Assembly (NCBI GenBank): GCA_905178155.1
Contig: CAJINV010000007.1
Coordinates: forward strand, 1,186,627 to 1,250,626
Length of the DNA: 64,000 nucleotides
DNA from: Amoebophrya sp. A120
Taxonomy: Eukaryota; Protista; Dinoflagellata
Direction: 5' to 3'
Part shown: in pieces, positions 49,113 to 60,934 of the stretch
Layout of the letters: every line of letters begins with the position of its first letter
How positions within the stretch are numbered: the stretch's first letter is position 1
Made by a program: the position numbers and the translations under genes
The notes under the pieces: model-generated
The model's database searches: none
The model's input: only the letters and a program-made list of their open reading frames with translations
Told to the model about the DNA's origin: nothing

Positions 49113-52100
49113 TCAACGTGGAGAGGAGTTTGCCAGTCTGCCAAACAAAACCTCTTCCGCCAGGCTGTAATCCCGCTTCGGCCGCAACTGCCCAAGCCTC
49201 TGGCCTCGGATGAGGGAATTGGTGCCGCTATGCACGGAGTCAAACCTTAAACTTGAGCAGTTAAGTTGTGAAGAACAGCGCGAGTACTAGGCGCGACGTG
49301 CATGATGTGCAGCTGTTGTGGTCTGTGCATTGTCATCAAGTTCCATCATTTCCTAGAGCAAGTGACAAACTACAGCCCTGTCGTGAAAAATGCAAATGAG
49401 CATGAACTGGATTTTTTGGCTCAAAGTTATCGGGATAAATAAAATTCTCTCCGTCCATACTGTTCCAACTGCTCCTCCAAAGTTCGCCGTTCTCCTCTCT
49501 TCCGCGCCACTTGCTGGTTGAACCGTTCCAAATCTCGGTGCGCCTGCGCATTGACCTTGTCCAACCCGTTCCTCAGCCTCCTCTCCTCCACGTTCTGCCG
49601 CGTCAGCAACTCTGCCGCCGCGGTCTCCCGGGCTCGCTGCCCCCGATCGACGTGATCACGCGGTAGGTGCGGCTGTGCGGGGAGTTGCTGCGCCGCTCGT
49701 GGTTGCTTCCACCTCGCGTAAAACTCTTCCCGGCCCTGGAGCAGCCGTGCGACAAAAGGCGGGGAGAAGTTAGAAAGTTGGAGGACATGATCTCCTGGAA
49801 CAGGGGAAGCAACATCAGTGCCCTCCTTTGCACCTTCTCCAAGAGATTCACCTGTGCCGGCCCGTCTTGCACTTCTTTCCGCTAGTACTCTCTCCAAAGA
49901 CTCCTGCCACAGAACCTCGTCGACCTCAAATTCTGCATCAGATTCGTCAGTAACCGCATTCTCGTGATAGTCACGCCACGTTTGTAGAAAAACGGCGTCG
50001 AGCTCCCGATCTTGTGCAGTCTCGAGCGATGTTGAACCATCACAATTGGCGGGTGCAGAAAACGTTGAAGAAAGTATATTCGGCTTTTTGCCTACTGCAC
50101 CACTCTTCCGAGTAGAGCTTTCCGATCCTCCGGCCATCTTCACCTGGCGCAAGAGGTTCATGTTCGCAGGTAGGGGTTGTTCTCCTTTCGACGTCATTTC
50201 CCTTTTCATTCTCGTCCGGTAATCTGCCAACGTTTGTTCCGCGGGCGAAGGGAGATCGAGGGCCCCTAGTATGTAGTCCAACCCTGCGGGGCTGCGGGCG
50301 GTGCTAGGGTTTTGTTGCTGCTCTTCCTCTGTACTTGTTGCGAAACAATCTAGTCGTTCTTTGGAAGACCACGAAGATGGCAACGGGAGGTAGTCGTCGC
50401 TTCCTTGCAACTCCCGCGTACGCAGTGATTTTTCCTCTACTCTCTTGTTCAGGAGAAGGTTCTTCTTCTGAAACTTTTCGCAGTACAGTTTGAAATTCTC
50501 GCTATCTTCGTAATTTCTCGTCCTCATCTTCGAGCTGTCGTACGGAAAAATGTAATCGCCCAGCTGCTGCAAAATTGTCGTTAGCTGCTCGTGTTTCCTA
50601 TTCTCGAAAGTTTTCCCACCTGCGCCGGCCTCGTCAGCTGCATCTTCTTGTTTTTCTTGGGCCCCCGCAGCTTCCACTTCTTGAGTGGCCGCAGGAGCAT
50701 TCAAGCCCGCCACCGCTGCTAAGATTTCTTGCAGCGCGTCGCGGGTCGCGTACGCTTTGTCGAAGTCAAACTGCTGGCTCTGCTCCCCTTGCCTCTCGAT
50801 CTCCTCGTCGAGCGCGTACCGCAACGCCGCCTTCCCGGCGAAAAATGCGTCCTGCTGCAGCATCTTTTTGGTGGACGTCGGATCGATGTCGGGGAACGAC
50901 CTTTCCAACAGTTGGTCGAACGCGTTCTCGCAGAACCGGCGGCAATGCGGGTGGGTGGTCGAGAAGGTCTCCGTGATGTAAGAATCCAATAACTTTTCTT
51001 CCTCGCTTTTCTCCAGCAGGGATCCACTGTCCAGCGCCGCTTGCTCGAGATTCTGTTTCATCCGGTCCGCCTCCGCTTTCTCTTTCGCCATCCTGGCCTT
51101 CACGAGCTGGATGTCCCGCTTCAGGGCCCGCGTCTCCTGTCGCGCCTGCAGCTGCCGCTGGTTCACGGTCCGCGCGGCGGGGTGGAACTCGTCCCGCCGG
51201 GTGGTTTATCCCGTGCAGAAGATGACTCGCATTCCAACATTGGAATACTGCATCACAGATCTCACTATCTGGGTTGCAGCATATGGCATCATACAACCTG
51301 GTGCGTTTTTCCTATTCTGCAAATCACCATCTATTGCCGTGCAGTTTCTGCTTTGATGATGTGCGACGATACAACTTCTGTATACGCATATGATGTACGC
51401 GATCTGGCGCTCCCGGTCCCCACGGATTGCGGAGGAGGAGGTGCTTTGCGTGGGAGCCAGGCTCAACCCCGAGACCGCGGTGCTATGGGAGTGCCCAGCT
51501 GCTCCCCCTCTTCTTCATTCGTTTGCCATGGTCAGCAATTCAAACCCCCGCACACATCGAGCCTGCGCATGACAAGTGGATGATCCGAGTGTTCGGCTAC
51601 TTCCGGATTTCGTCATGCAAACAGTGCCACAGGGCAGCGTCGTGAGTTGCGTTTTTGCACGGCATCATCCGAATGATGCGTGACAAGTTAGCACCTGCGT
51701 TGTTGCAGAACAAATCAGGAGGGACCAACGTGTGCACTCTCATAGGTGCCGTCGCGCACATAGAAACGGACGTGATCGACTTCGTCGCGCGTGGACGAAG
51801 TAGATCCTCGTTTGTCCAACTCGTGCCCCGGCTCGAGCAGGGTGCGAAACAGGTAAAACCGTCCGTGTTGCGGGTGGAGTTCTTGAGGTTTCGCGGACGT
51901 ATTGCTGCTTGCAATTTCGTCCGCCGGAAGCGGATTTTTGTGCCTCTTGGTCTTCTTCTCGTCGTGCCCGCTGGTTTCGTCGGACAACGACCCCCCGGGG
52001 CTGAGAGTCAAGCCCTGATCTTCACTTTTCCCTCTCTGCCTTTTCCTGTTCCCCCGGACGAGACCTGCACCTTTCGCCTGCGTGGAAATCTTGCCCGCCC

Positions 52101-53975
52101 CACCGATGGCTCGAGCTTTTGCCCCCGCTTTGGAAGAAGTTTTGCTTTTCGCTTTACCCGGTCCACCTCGTTGAAAGCCTGATAGTACCTTGGGTGAAGC
52201 TGTTTCATCCTTGTTGCCACCGGTTGCGGGCGAGGCAGAGTTGTTGTCCGGAGATGTAGTTGAGGCGAAACCTCTTTCCTGCTGTCCGCTGTCCTCCTCC
52301 ACTTTCACTCCCAGGATCGCGTCCACGCCGGCGTTGCGCTTCGCCAACTTCTCCGCGTGGTGCCCGTACCGCTTGCAGTTATGCATAACGCAAAAGTACT
52401 TGATGCAGACGCACCAATTTCATTTATACGAATTGATTCAGGATTTGCGAACAACTTGTCCCGCGGATTCAGGTGAAAAGGGACAAACGCAAACCCGCCG
52501 TGCATAAAATAAAAATTGCGATTAATATAAGTGCATGCAGTCAACTTTTGCAAAGGATAGCGATCCTTGAAAAATGCGTGCCAGTCCGTACTGGCGCCGG
52601 GGGGCTCGCGGACAATCTTGATGCGCGGACCCTCGGTGACCGCGCCGGGCAAGTGTCTTTGTTGCTGCTCCTGCTCTTCCAGCTCATCCACCAGGGGCTT
52701 CTCGTACAGGGGGATCTTCATTTGCGACTTGTTTTGCGGGAGGTTCATCATGTTCTGACTAGGAGAAGTGTTCGTCTCTTTCTCCGGCGAGTGACCGGCA
52801 TGGGAAAGCGCGGCAGCCGTTCCATCTTTCTGGTGATTTCCTCCCCGGTGAAGAAGACCCGGCGGCAACCCAACCCCCGCGGCCTTCCGGCTTCCCGTGG
52901 TCTTTGTCGCGTAGAATCCCTCGGGCGCAAAGAACATCTGCGCCTCGCGGGTGCTGTTGTTCCCCTGCCCACTGCGGTCCCGGTGCAGCGGTTCGTTGCG
53001 CTCCAACCGGGTGCGGCACTTCCCCAGGTGGTAGATCTTCTCCAGCAGAAACGGCTCGGAGTGGTCGATGTAGTTCACGCAAGACCGCATGAAATCGCTG
53101 ATCCGACGGGCCTTATTCTGGTCCGGCGCGCAGACCCAGTTCTGCTGGAGGTAGGGCCGGAGCGCCGCCGCCCCGTTCAGCGCGGCGAGCAGGAGTCCGT
53201 GCACGGTCGCGGGGTCCTCGAGCTTCTTGGCATAGTTTTTCGCGGCATCCGGAGACGATTGATGGGCGGCGGGTCTGTGCTTCAGCGTTTCATCCCGGTT
53301 CAATCCGTCTGGGTTTTCGTTCTCGCGGGCCTTCGTTCCGGGGCGGTTTCTGGTCGCCCCCGGTCGGCCGGCGGCGATTCCCCGCTTCGCTTTCGCCTTC
53401 GCGCCGGCGCGTTTCGGCGAAGCGCCCGGGGACCTCGTTTTCAGTGCCGCGGGAGCTGTGCTCTCCGCAGCTTTGTTGCGTTTGCGGCGGAGGCTCTCCT
53501 CGATTGCCTTATGTTCGTCCAGGGCCACGCGGTGCGTCTGGCTAGCGACGTCGTAGGCGATTTCCAGCGTCGCGCGGTTCACAAGCAGCTCCGCGAGGAG
53601 GTTGCGGGTCTTGCCTTTTTTCCGAGCCAGGTATTCCTCGTAGGCCACGTCGATCACGGCCTCCGCGACCGCGCCGTCGATCAGGTCCCCGACCACATCG
53701 CCCCAATCCGCGTTGTGCTGCCGGTCGTAGAGCTGCTGGACGACTTGGGAAAGCGGAGGTAGCTTCTCCAGCTCGGGCGTGGCAGCGGCCCGTGGAGGAG
53801 GAGAACCGGGAGTCTTCTTGCGCGTCGCCATGACTTTAGATTGCGCCGCACGCGCTTGCGGGTAGAATAAAGTATGCGCGCCTATTGGTGGATGTACAGC
53901 GGTGTTCTGTTTTGGTATGCCGACGGCGCTCACGGACACTGGCACGGGAGCGAAACTCGCAAGCTCTCCGGACAT
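49113..53975 (-). CDS. Hypothetical protein (~1328 aa) with coiled-coil and low-complexity regions; four introner introns
   Basis: ORFs 52305-54071, 51715-52386, 51206-51466 and 49427-51166 join in frame; 3987 nt = 1329 codons. The last exon and start codon are tentative. Confidence 0.7.
49229..49459. mobile_element. Probable old TIR introner
   Basis: tatgcacggag...ctccgtccata; TSD not recognisable; removing the element plus 5 nt gives an open terminal exon. Confidence 0.5.
51207..51390. mobile_element. Degenerate TIR introner
   Basis: tatcccgtgcagaag...cttctgtatacgcata; flanks tggtt/tgatg; frame restored. Confidence 0.72.
51484..51744. mobile_element. TIR introner
   Basis: tatgggagtgc...gcactctcata; perfect TSD ggtgc. 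Confidence 0.87.
52380..52559. mobile_element. Degenerate TIR introner
   Basis: tatgcataacgcaaaagt...acttttgcaaaggata; flanks gcagt/gcgat; frame restored. Confidence 0.75.
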
Positions 53976-54812
53976 ACGACTTTCGACGCTCGCGCACACC
54001 ACGCTCGCAATCGGTGCGCTCCGAACCTGCTCGCTCCGAGGGGGAAAAAGTTTTACTCTCCGATGTCGCAAACGCCCAAAGAAAGGATCGCGGGACGGGG
54101 GCGGCAGCAGGAAAAATGCGTCCGCGTCAAATTTTGCGGGCTCCCGCGGCCTTTGGCAGAGTATTGATTCACTTTACTCCTTGCAAGCCCTTAAATTGAC
54201 AGGGCCGCCAGAAATACCTGCGGCGCGCGAGCGGCGCTCTGCCGCGGAGGTGCGGCATCGAAGCTGCGGGCCTCACCCGTGGCCGGCGCGCAGTCCCATG
54301 CGCGGCCGCCGCCGGCCTTTTGATCGGGCCCCCCCCCGGAATGGCTAGCGCATACCAGAGGGGGCGAGGGCCCGCGAGAAGCGGCAGACCCATAGGGGCC
54401 GGGGGCTTTGCTGGAGTCCGGCGCGCGCTCCAATAGCCGCACGAGCAGGGCCCGTCTGTGCGGGGACGGCAGGGCCGTCTGAGTATGTAACTCTGTGTGT
54501 GCTGGCCATGCGGATTGTGATCTGTTTGCACATAAAGCCCCACAGATGGCAATTGTGTCCGATTTTTGGCCTTTTCCCCCATAAAGGATCACAACTCTAC
54601 CCCCAGCCTAAGATTTGTTAGCGCCAGTTGCATTTTTTTGTGCATTGGCCACCACAGATCACAACTTTTTGCACATCTGCCCGCGCAGATTCTTCGTTTC
54701 TGTGCATCTGCCAGCGCAGACCACAATTTTTTGCCCATATCCCAGCGCGGATTGCAATTTTTCTCGATATAGCGGCAATTGTTTTTTTTCTGCGCGTTTA
54801 CCGGCGCAGATC

Positions 54813-55693
54813 GCATTTTATTGGCTCCAGCCGTGGCACAGTCCGCAGGACCGTCTGGTCCCGAATAAGCACAGCGCCCGATGGCAGCGCCGAAGCGCAG
54901 TCGCGGTCGCCCGAACGCGAACACGCGAAGGCCGGGACGGCTCCAAAGCCGCGTCCCGGCGGTGGGGCAAAACTCAAACCAGAGAGCACCAAAAGGCCCC
55001 AGCAAAAACATCGCAAACGGGCGAAAGCGAGCGCGCCAAGACGCTGCCAAAGGGCACTGCACTGCGCACCCCGCGGTGGACAAGCCACCGGGGCGCAACA
55101 AGTCCTGCGAAACGAACCACAGCAAAAGGACCACGACAAACAGGGCAGGGTGGGTGGGGAAAAAACGAAAACCGGCCAGAGCACGAATGCATCTGGAACA
55201 GCTTTCCCTGCTGCCCATCGAGATCGAGCTCCGCGCCCGATCTCGCAAGCCCGATCCGGGGATCGGAAACACCAGGATGCCTGCGACGGGGCAGGCCGTC
55301 CTGGGAACAGAAGCCTGCAACACAAAGCAGGGCGACCAGCATCCATGGAAGGGCCAGAAGGCCCCGGGGCAAGCCAGCCCGACGAACATGGCCCCGAAGG
55401 GGTCAACCATAGACCGCCCCGGGCAATAGACTGCCCGCCCCTGCGCATCCGCTTGCCCCCCCTGGGCACCAGCCGGCCGCGGAACTGGCCCGGCCTGGGC
55501 CAATCAAACCCCGCGCATTCGCAGGCTCACGCGCATGCATTTTATTGGCTCCAGCCGTGGCACAGTCCGCAGGACCGTCTGGTCCCGAATAAGCACAGCG
55601 CCCGATGGCAGCGCCGAAGCGCAGTCGCGGTCGCCCGAACGCGAACACGCGAAGGCCGGGACGGCTCCAAAGCCGCGTCCCGGCGGTGGGGCA
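54813..55693 (+). repeat. 157-bp direct repeat (54813-54969 and 55537-55693)
   Basis: gcattttattggctccagcc...ggcggtggggca occurs twice and appears identical. Confidence 0.92.
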
Positions 55694-55900
55694 CCATGTC
55701 CACCAAGCTCTTCCGCGCGGAAGAGGGGGGCGACCGAGCCCCCAAAGCCCCACCGCCACCACGCTCTTTCGGGCGGAAGTGCTTGACGCATGTGTAAGCG
55801 CAGCTGCAGACCAACAAGTGCAGACCATGCACACGCGCCTGACCTTCGGCTCGCAGCCAGCTTCCCGCAAACAAGTAGGGCGGCCTGCTCGGAGCAGGCG

Positions 55901-56512
55901 AGGCGACGCAGCGTCGCTGCCAAGGTGGGTCGGTGTAGACCATGACACAGCGAGCACAAGCGCCAGCAACCGCGTGGGGTGAATCCAGCCTGGGCTGGAC
56001 CCGACCGACCCACCTCGGAAGCGACGCCCGTCGCCTGTTCCCGCCAGGTGCCTTCAAGCGAGTACAAACACAAGTCGCGCCCCGAAGGCGGGCAAGCCAT
56101 TACCTGCAGATCACCGGCATCGCCGGGTGCACCGAAGCCCCGTCGCCGCCGGCATAAATGCGAGGCCCGCCGCCACTACGGACACGGACTTCCCGCGCGC
56201 GCCGCAGCTCCTGCGCCAAGTGGAGCCTCGCAAAACCAGGAAAGGGACACTCTTCCACAGCCCTCGGCCGCAGGTGTCAGCCGCGCCCAGAACCTAGCGA
56301 CATACTGATGCGACCAAGAGACACAAAGATGTATTACGGGCACCGCGCGCGAACCGCGCCTGCCGCGGAGGAGGACGGCGACGAAGCGTCGCTCCCGACG
56401 TGTGTCGGTCACAACAGCCTCGCGCCTAAGCACAAGCGCCGCGCACCCGCGTGGGGTGAGTCCGGCCTGAGCCGAACCCTACCGACCCACCTCGGGAGCG
56501 ACGCTCGTCGCC
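55901..56512. repeat. Two ~136-bp GC-rich hairpin/MITE-like units (55901-56036, 56377-56512)
   Basis: ggcgacg.agcgtcgct..c.a.gtg.gtcggt is inverted against accgacccacctcgg.agcgacgc.cgtcgcc in both copies. Confidence 0.75.
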
Positions 56513-56751
56513 TTCCAACCCCGCCAACCGCTAGTCCTTGCGCAACCGTGCAGCAGGAAGCGGCCAAGTCGTCCTGCGTGCAGGTGCTACGAGCGGGAAA
56601 AGCCGCGCCTGAATGCAAGCGCCGAAGCAGAGTCGCGTCGACCGCCGACGACCAACAGCGCAAGCTCGCCAGAAACTACACAAGCCTTCAGCTTGATGCA
56701 GAAATGCGCGCAGGCATACCACCAACAGACGGGAACTGCGTCACAACAGAC

Positions 56752-57121
56752 GCGCGCCGACCACCAGGGCCAAACTGTGCAAGTTTACCACAGGCTGCAC
56801 CTGCCTCGGACATGAGATGACTACAACGCGCGCAAGCATGCCACATGCTGCAGCCGCCTCAAAAAGAGGCGCGCGTCGACCACCGACGCCGAACTGTGCA
56901 AGCCTACCGCAGGCTGCAGCAACCTCATAACTGAGGCGAAGTCGAGTGCAAGCATGCCACATGCTGCATCATCTGCCTCACGACCGAGGCGCGCCGACCA
57001 CCGACGCCGAACTGTGCAAGCCTACCACAGGCTGCAGCTACCTCTTAACTGGGGCTAAAGCGAGTGCAAGCATACCACGTGCTGCATCTGCCTCACGACC
57101 GAGGCGCGCCGACCACCGACG
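56752..57121 (+). repeat. Tandem repeat, ~3 copies of a ~117-bp unit
   Basis: gcgcgccgaccaccgacgccgaactgtgcaagcctaccacaggctgcagc... is repeated. Confidence 0.85.
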
Positions 57122-57686
57122 GATTTGCTTTGCGACAATCCCCATCACACAGGGGGCTCCAGCGACGAGGAGCAGCAGGCCGCATCGTCGCATCGATGCT
57201 ACAGCCAGCTCAACAACCAGCGGGCGGCCGTTCCGCATGAACGCACCGCCCCGCCCGGTCCTGACAACGCGGGCCGGCGCCTGCAGTGGGGGAGGGAGGC
57301 GAATCCCTACCAAGAAAACCGGCCAGAGCACGAATGCATCTGGAACAGCTTTCCCTGCTGCCCATCGAGATCGAGCTCCGCGCCCGATCTCGCAAGCCCG
57401 ATCCGGGGATCGGAATCACCAGGATGCCTGCGACGGGGCAGGCCGTCCTGGGAACAGAAGCCTGCAACACAAAGCAGGGCGACCAGCATCCATGGAAGGG
57501 CCAGAAGGCCCCGGGGCAAGCCAGCCCGACGAACATGGCCCCGAAGGGGTCAACCATAGACCGCCCCGGGCAATTGACTGCCCGCCCCTGCGCATCCGCT
57601 TGCCCCCCCTGGGCACCAGCGGGCCGCGGAACTGGCCCGGCCTGGGCCAATCAAACCCCGCGCATTCGCAGGCTCACGCGCATGCA

Positions 57687-58420
57687 ATTTTTTGCTCGTC
57701 TGCGAGCGCCAATCGGTATTTTTTGCGCGTCTGCTGGCAGGAAGCGAAATATTTTACGTGTCTGCCGGCAAGGATCGCGATTTTTTGCCTGTATGGCGGC
57801 AAAAGTCGCAATTTTTTGCGTGTGTGTGAACATCAGTTGGATTTTTTGCGCAACTGCTGACATGGATTGCGATTTTGTGTGCACGTGCGGGCGCGGATTG
57901 CGATTTTTTTTGCAACTGCCCGCACAGATTGCGATTTTTTTCGCAGCTGCCCGCACAAATTCCAAGTGCCCGCGCAGATCGCGAGTTTTTCTGCATTTGC
58001 TGGTGGAGATTGCGATTTTTTGCGCATCTGCCAGCGCAGATTGTGACTTTTTTGCGCGTCTGCCAGCGCGGATCGCGATTTTTTCCGCGTCTGTTGGCAT
58101 GGATCGCGATTTTTTTGCGCACCTGCCGCCGCGGGTCGCGATTTTTTGCGCGTCTGTTCGCATGGATCGCGATTTTTTTGCGCACCTGCCGCCGCGGGTC
58201 GCGATTTTTTGCGCGGCTGTTCGCATGGATTGCGATTTTTTTGCGCACCTGCCGCCGCAGGTCGCAATTTTTTGCGCGTCTGCCGGCGCAGGTTGCGATT
58301 TTTTGCGCGTCTGCCGGCGCGGGTCGCGATTTTCTGCGCGTCTGCCGGCGCGGATCGCGATTTTTCTCTCCGGTGCCCGCGCCCGGTCTCCGGTGCCCGC
58401 GAGGGTCGCGATTTTGTGCG
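57687..58420 (+). repeat. ~30-31-bp minisatellite (GGATCGCGATTTTTTGCGCGTCTGCCGGCGC-like); shorter array at ~54620-54812
   Basis: More than 20 degenerate tandem copies with a T-tract about every 30 bp. Confidence 0.9.
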
Positions 58421-60934
58421 TCCCCGGCCGCGCAGGTCGCGATTCCGTTCGGCGCTGGCCCCGGGGATCCCGATTCTTTGCCCCTACCCGGCTTCCGGCT
58501 CGCGCCCTATGGCCTAGGCAATTTCGCTACAGAGGGCGCACTCTGAGGGTGTGCATTGCGGCACGGGCCACGCATTGGAACCTACCTGGGCCATTTTGCG
58601 GGTGCGCACATTTCCCGCCCCGCTCGGGTAGATACAATAATGGTGCTACTGCCACGCCTTGGCACCGGCGAGCCATTTCGCTGAAGATACGGAGCTCCCC
58701 GCTGCCCAGTCGAATACAATGACGCAGGCGCCAGCACACGATGCACTGACTGGCACTGACCCACACCATTTTGGGTCTCCACACCTCCACACCTGCGCAG
58801 GCACATTGAGTGGTAAGAACGATCACAACAAGCAGGCGCGCCTATCGCCATTAAAGAAGATTAGGCCACGAAGATCCACAAGGGAGCAGTAGTGTTGTTT
58901 TCCTGTACTTGCTCCGCGTCGTACGAAAAACGCATCAAACCTGTCTCGTTTACTCCAAATGTTTATTTTCGCTATTGAGAACGATTGCAAATAAGACAGC
59001 AAGAGTGCGAGACTCGAGTCCCAAGAGAGCTGCGCCCTTGTTGAGCGATATTGATCATCTTCGAGAGATCATCAACGCAAAGTGGAGAGCGGCAAAAGGC
59101 TTCTGTGGTTTTTTCTAGTTTTTCTGCTTCAAAAGATGAATACTTCGCTATGCACACAAGCTCATTTGTTTTGATTTTTCACGCCCCGTGCACACCATAG
59201 TCCGGTTTTTTTTTCTTGTGCAAACACAAGTTGAGGTAGCGACGCGGAAGACTCGAATTGTTTCGGAAAATAAAGACACTGTTTCTTCTCTTACTCTTGG
59301 TACGTCCGCCGGCGCTTTGTTGTGTTTCCGCCGCTGCGCTAATAACTACGCCGAGAGCATCTTCTCAGCTATCGCGCAATTGAAAATAACACCATGACAG
59401 TTTACCCCGACCCCACGGAAGACGCGCGGGCCGTCTCAACGATCGGTATCAATTTAAGACTAGTGCTAGTCATCTGTGCTCTTGCGGAAAATTCAGTACT
59501 CCTCATTCGCACATCCTCGTTCACAAAAGAAAGTTTCTGTGGAGCTACCACTGCTTGCAGTAAACTTCTGAAGGTCTTGAATAGAAAGTAAAAGTAATTA
59601 TCTCTTGTAGAGCGCCGTCGGACTGGTGCGTACACACGTTTTCTTGATGCAACCAAGTAGTGCAGATTCGCCTCATATTAAAAAAATCGTAGCGCCTTCT
59701 GGCACCACCGCGATTCAGTTCACCACGCCGCTGAAGGCTTCGCCGGCCGACTGCTGTTCGGTCGATATCGCGGACTACTTGTCCCCGAAAGCGTATTCCG
59801 AGCGCAAGCAGAACCACACGGACCACGGGGCTATGGGACTGTTCTCGGACATGTAATTTATTTAGCGTTTTTTTTCCGTCATGCTCGTAGATCACCGATG
59901 TCATTCTGTTTTGGCTTTGCATAAGCTAGATCGCTGCACATATTTCTCGATGCAGTACAATTATCTCGCAAGGACAGAGTTATCGAAACGAAATATCACA
60001 AACCGAAAAACCCCTCTTCTCTTAGGCGCTCCTTCCCGCACGAGCAGCATGCATCGCCGCCGGACCTGCCGTCGACCCAGACTCTGCCCGTCGACAAGAT
60101 GGCTTGGGATCATTCTGCGGGAGGCGTGTCGCATCCGCAAGGGACGAACAAAGGTGCAGCCAACGGTCCCGTGTTCGGTGCCACCCCGGACGCTTCCCCG
60201 GCGTATTTACCGAGCATGCACGCGGTAGGATGTTTGCTGCTTTGCTAGATTTTTTTGTCAACATCCGCGAGTAGAAAGAACACGCTACCAAACGTCGGTC
60301 TGATACTGTTTCTACTTTGTGATTATGCTACAACATGTTGTTCAGACATTATTCATCGAACAGGCAACCTCCCCGCCCACGATGCCGCCGCCGGTTATGC
60401 CAATGTTGTCGACTCCGTTTTTCGATGCGGATTCCCCCATGATGTTGCCTTCGATGGTATGAACCGAGAAAGAGCAAAGTGATGAAAAATCGAAATGTTT
60501 CAGCGTGTTGTATTGCAATATTTCTATGCATAATTCGAAGATCTCCGTGAAGCTCTGGAGGCCTTTGTGTTGTTTCAGCTTCGCATCTTCACATCGCATG
60601 CTGATTTGTAGCAAATTGTTAGCTATGTGTCCTCGTGTACGACTGCAAGAAATCGAATCAAGAACACTTCCCCTACTTTCCCACTCCATACGCCGCCCCG
60701 AATGGAACCACCCTGCCCTGCATGTCGCCGTATCCGAAGGAACAAGGAAGCAACTTGAGAAACTTTCACTCGGGTACTTAGAAGTACTGATCTAGAGACA
60801 GAGTCAAAGCGTTTTTGGTTTTGTGTCGCTGTTCTTATGTGTATGCGCATGACATAGATTATCGGCTTTTGGTTTCAATTTCATTGATTTATCAAAAAAA
60901 TGTAGTAAAAATCAAAAAAATGTTCCTATCGCAG

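Larger units (their letters stand above)
55167..57686 (+). repeat. 373-bp direct repeat (55167-55539 and 57314-57686)
   Basis: gaaaaccggccagagc...cacgcgcatgca occurs twice; 3 substitutions seen. Confidence 0.92.

Noticed and set aside
49413-49424. Partial match to the dinoflagellate spliced leader (ttttggctcaa); also cgtagccat near 29781
   Set aside because: Short partial matches on the non-coding strand, not upstream of a start codon; consistent with chance.
57687-58420. CRISPR-like array
   Set aside because: Degenerate contiguous tandem units without unique spacers, no cas genes, and a eukaryotic context.
54589-58722. Long ORFs (304, 389 and 478 aa) in the repeat block
   Set aside because: They arise from stop-poor GC-rich repeats and minisatellites, are open in several frames on both strands, and contain no domains.
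58900-60900. Short ORFs that might be a gene or an introner-mobilising transposase
   Set aside because: No DDE, tyrosine-recombinase or other motif was recognised and no consistent exon chain could be built; left unannotated.
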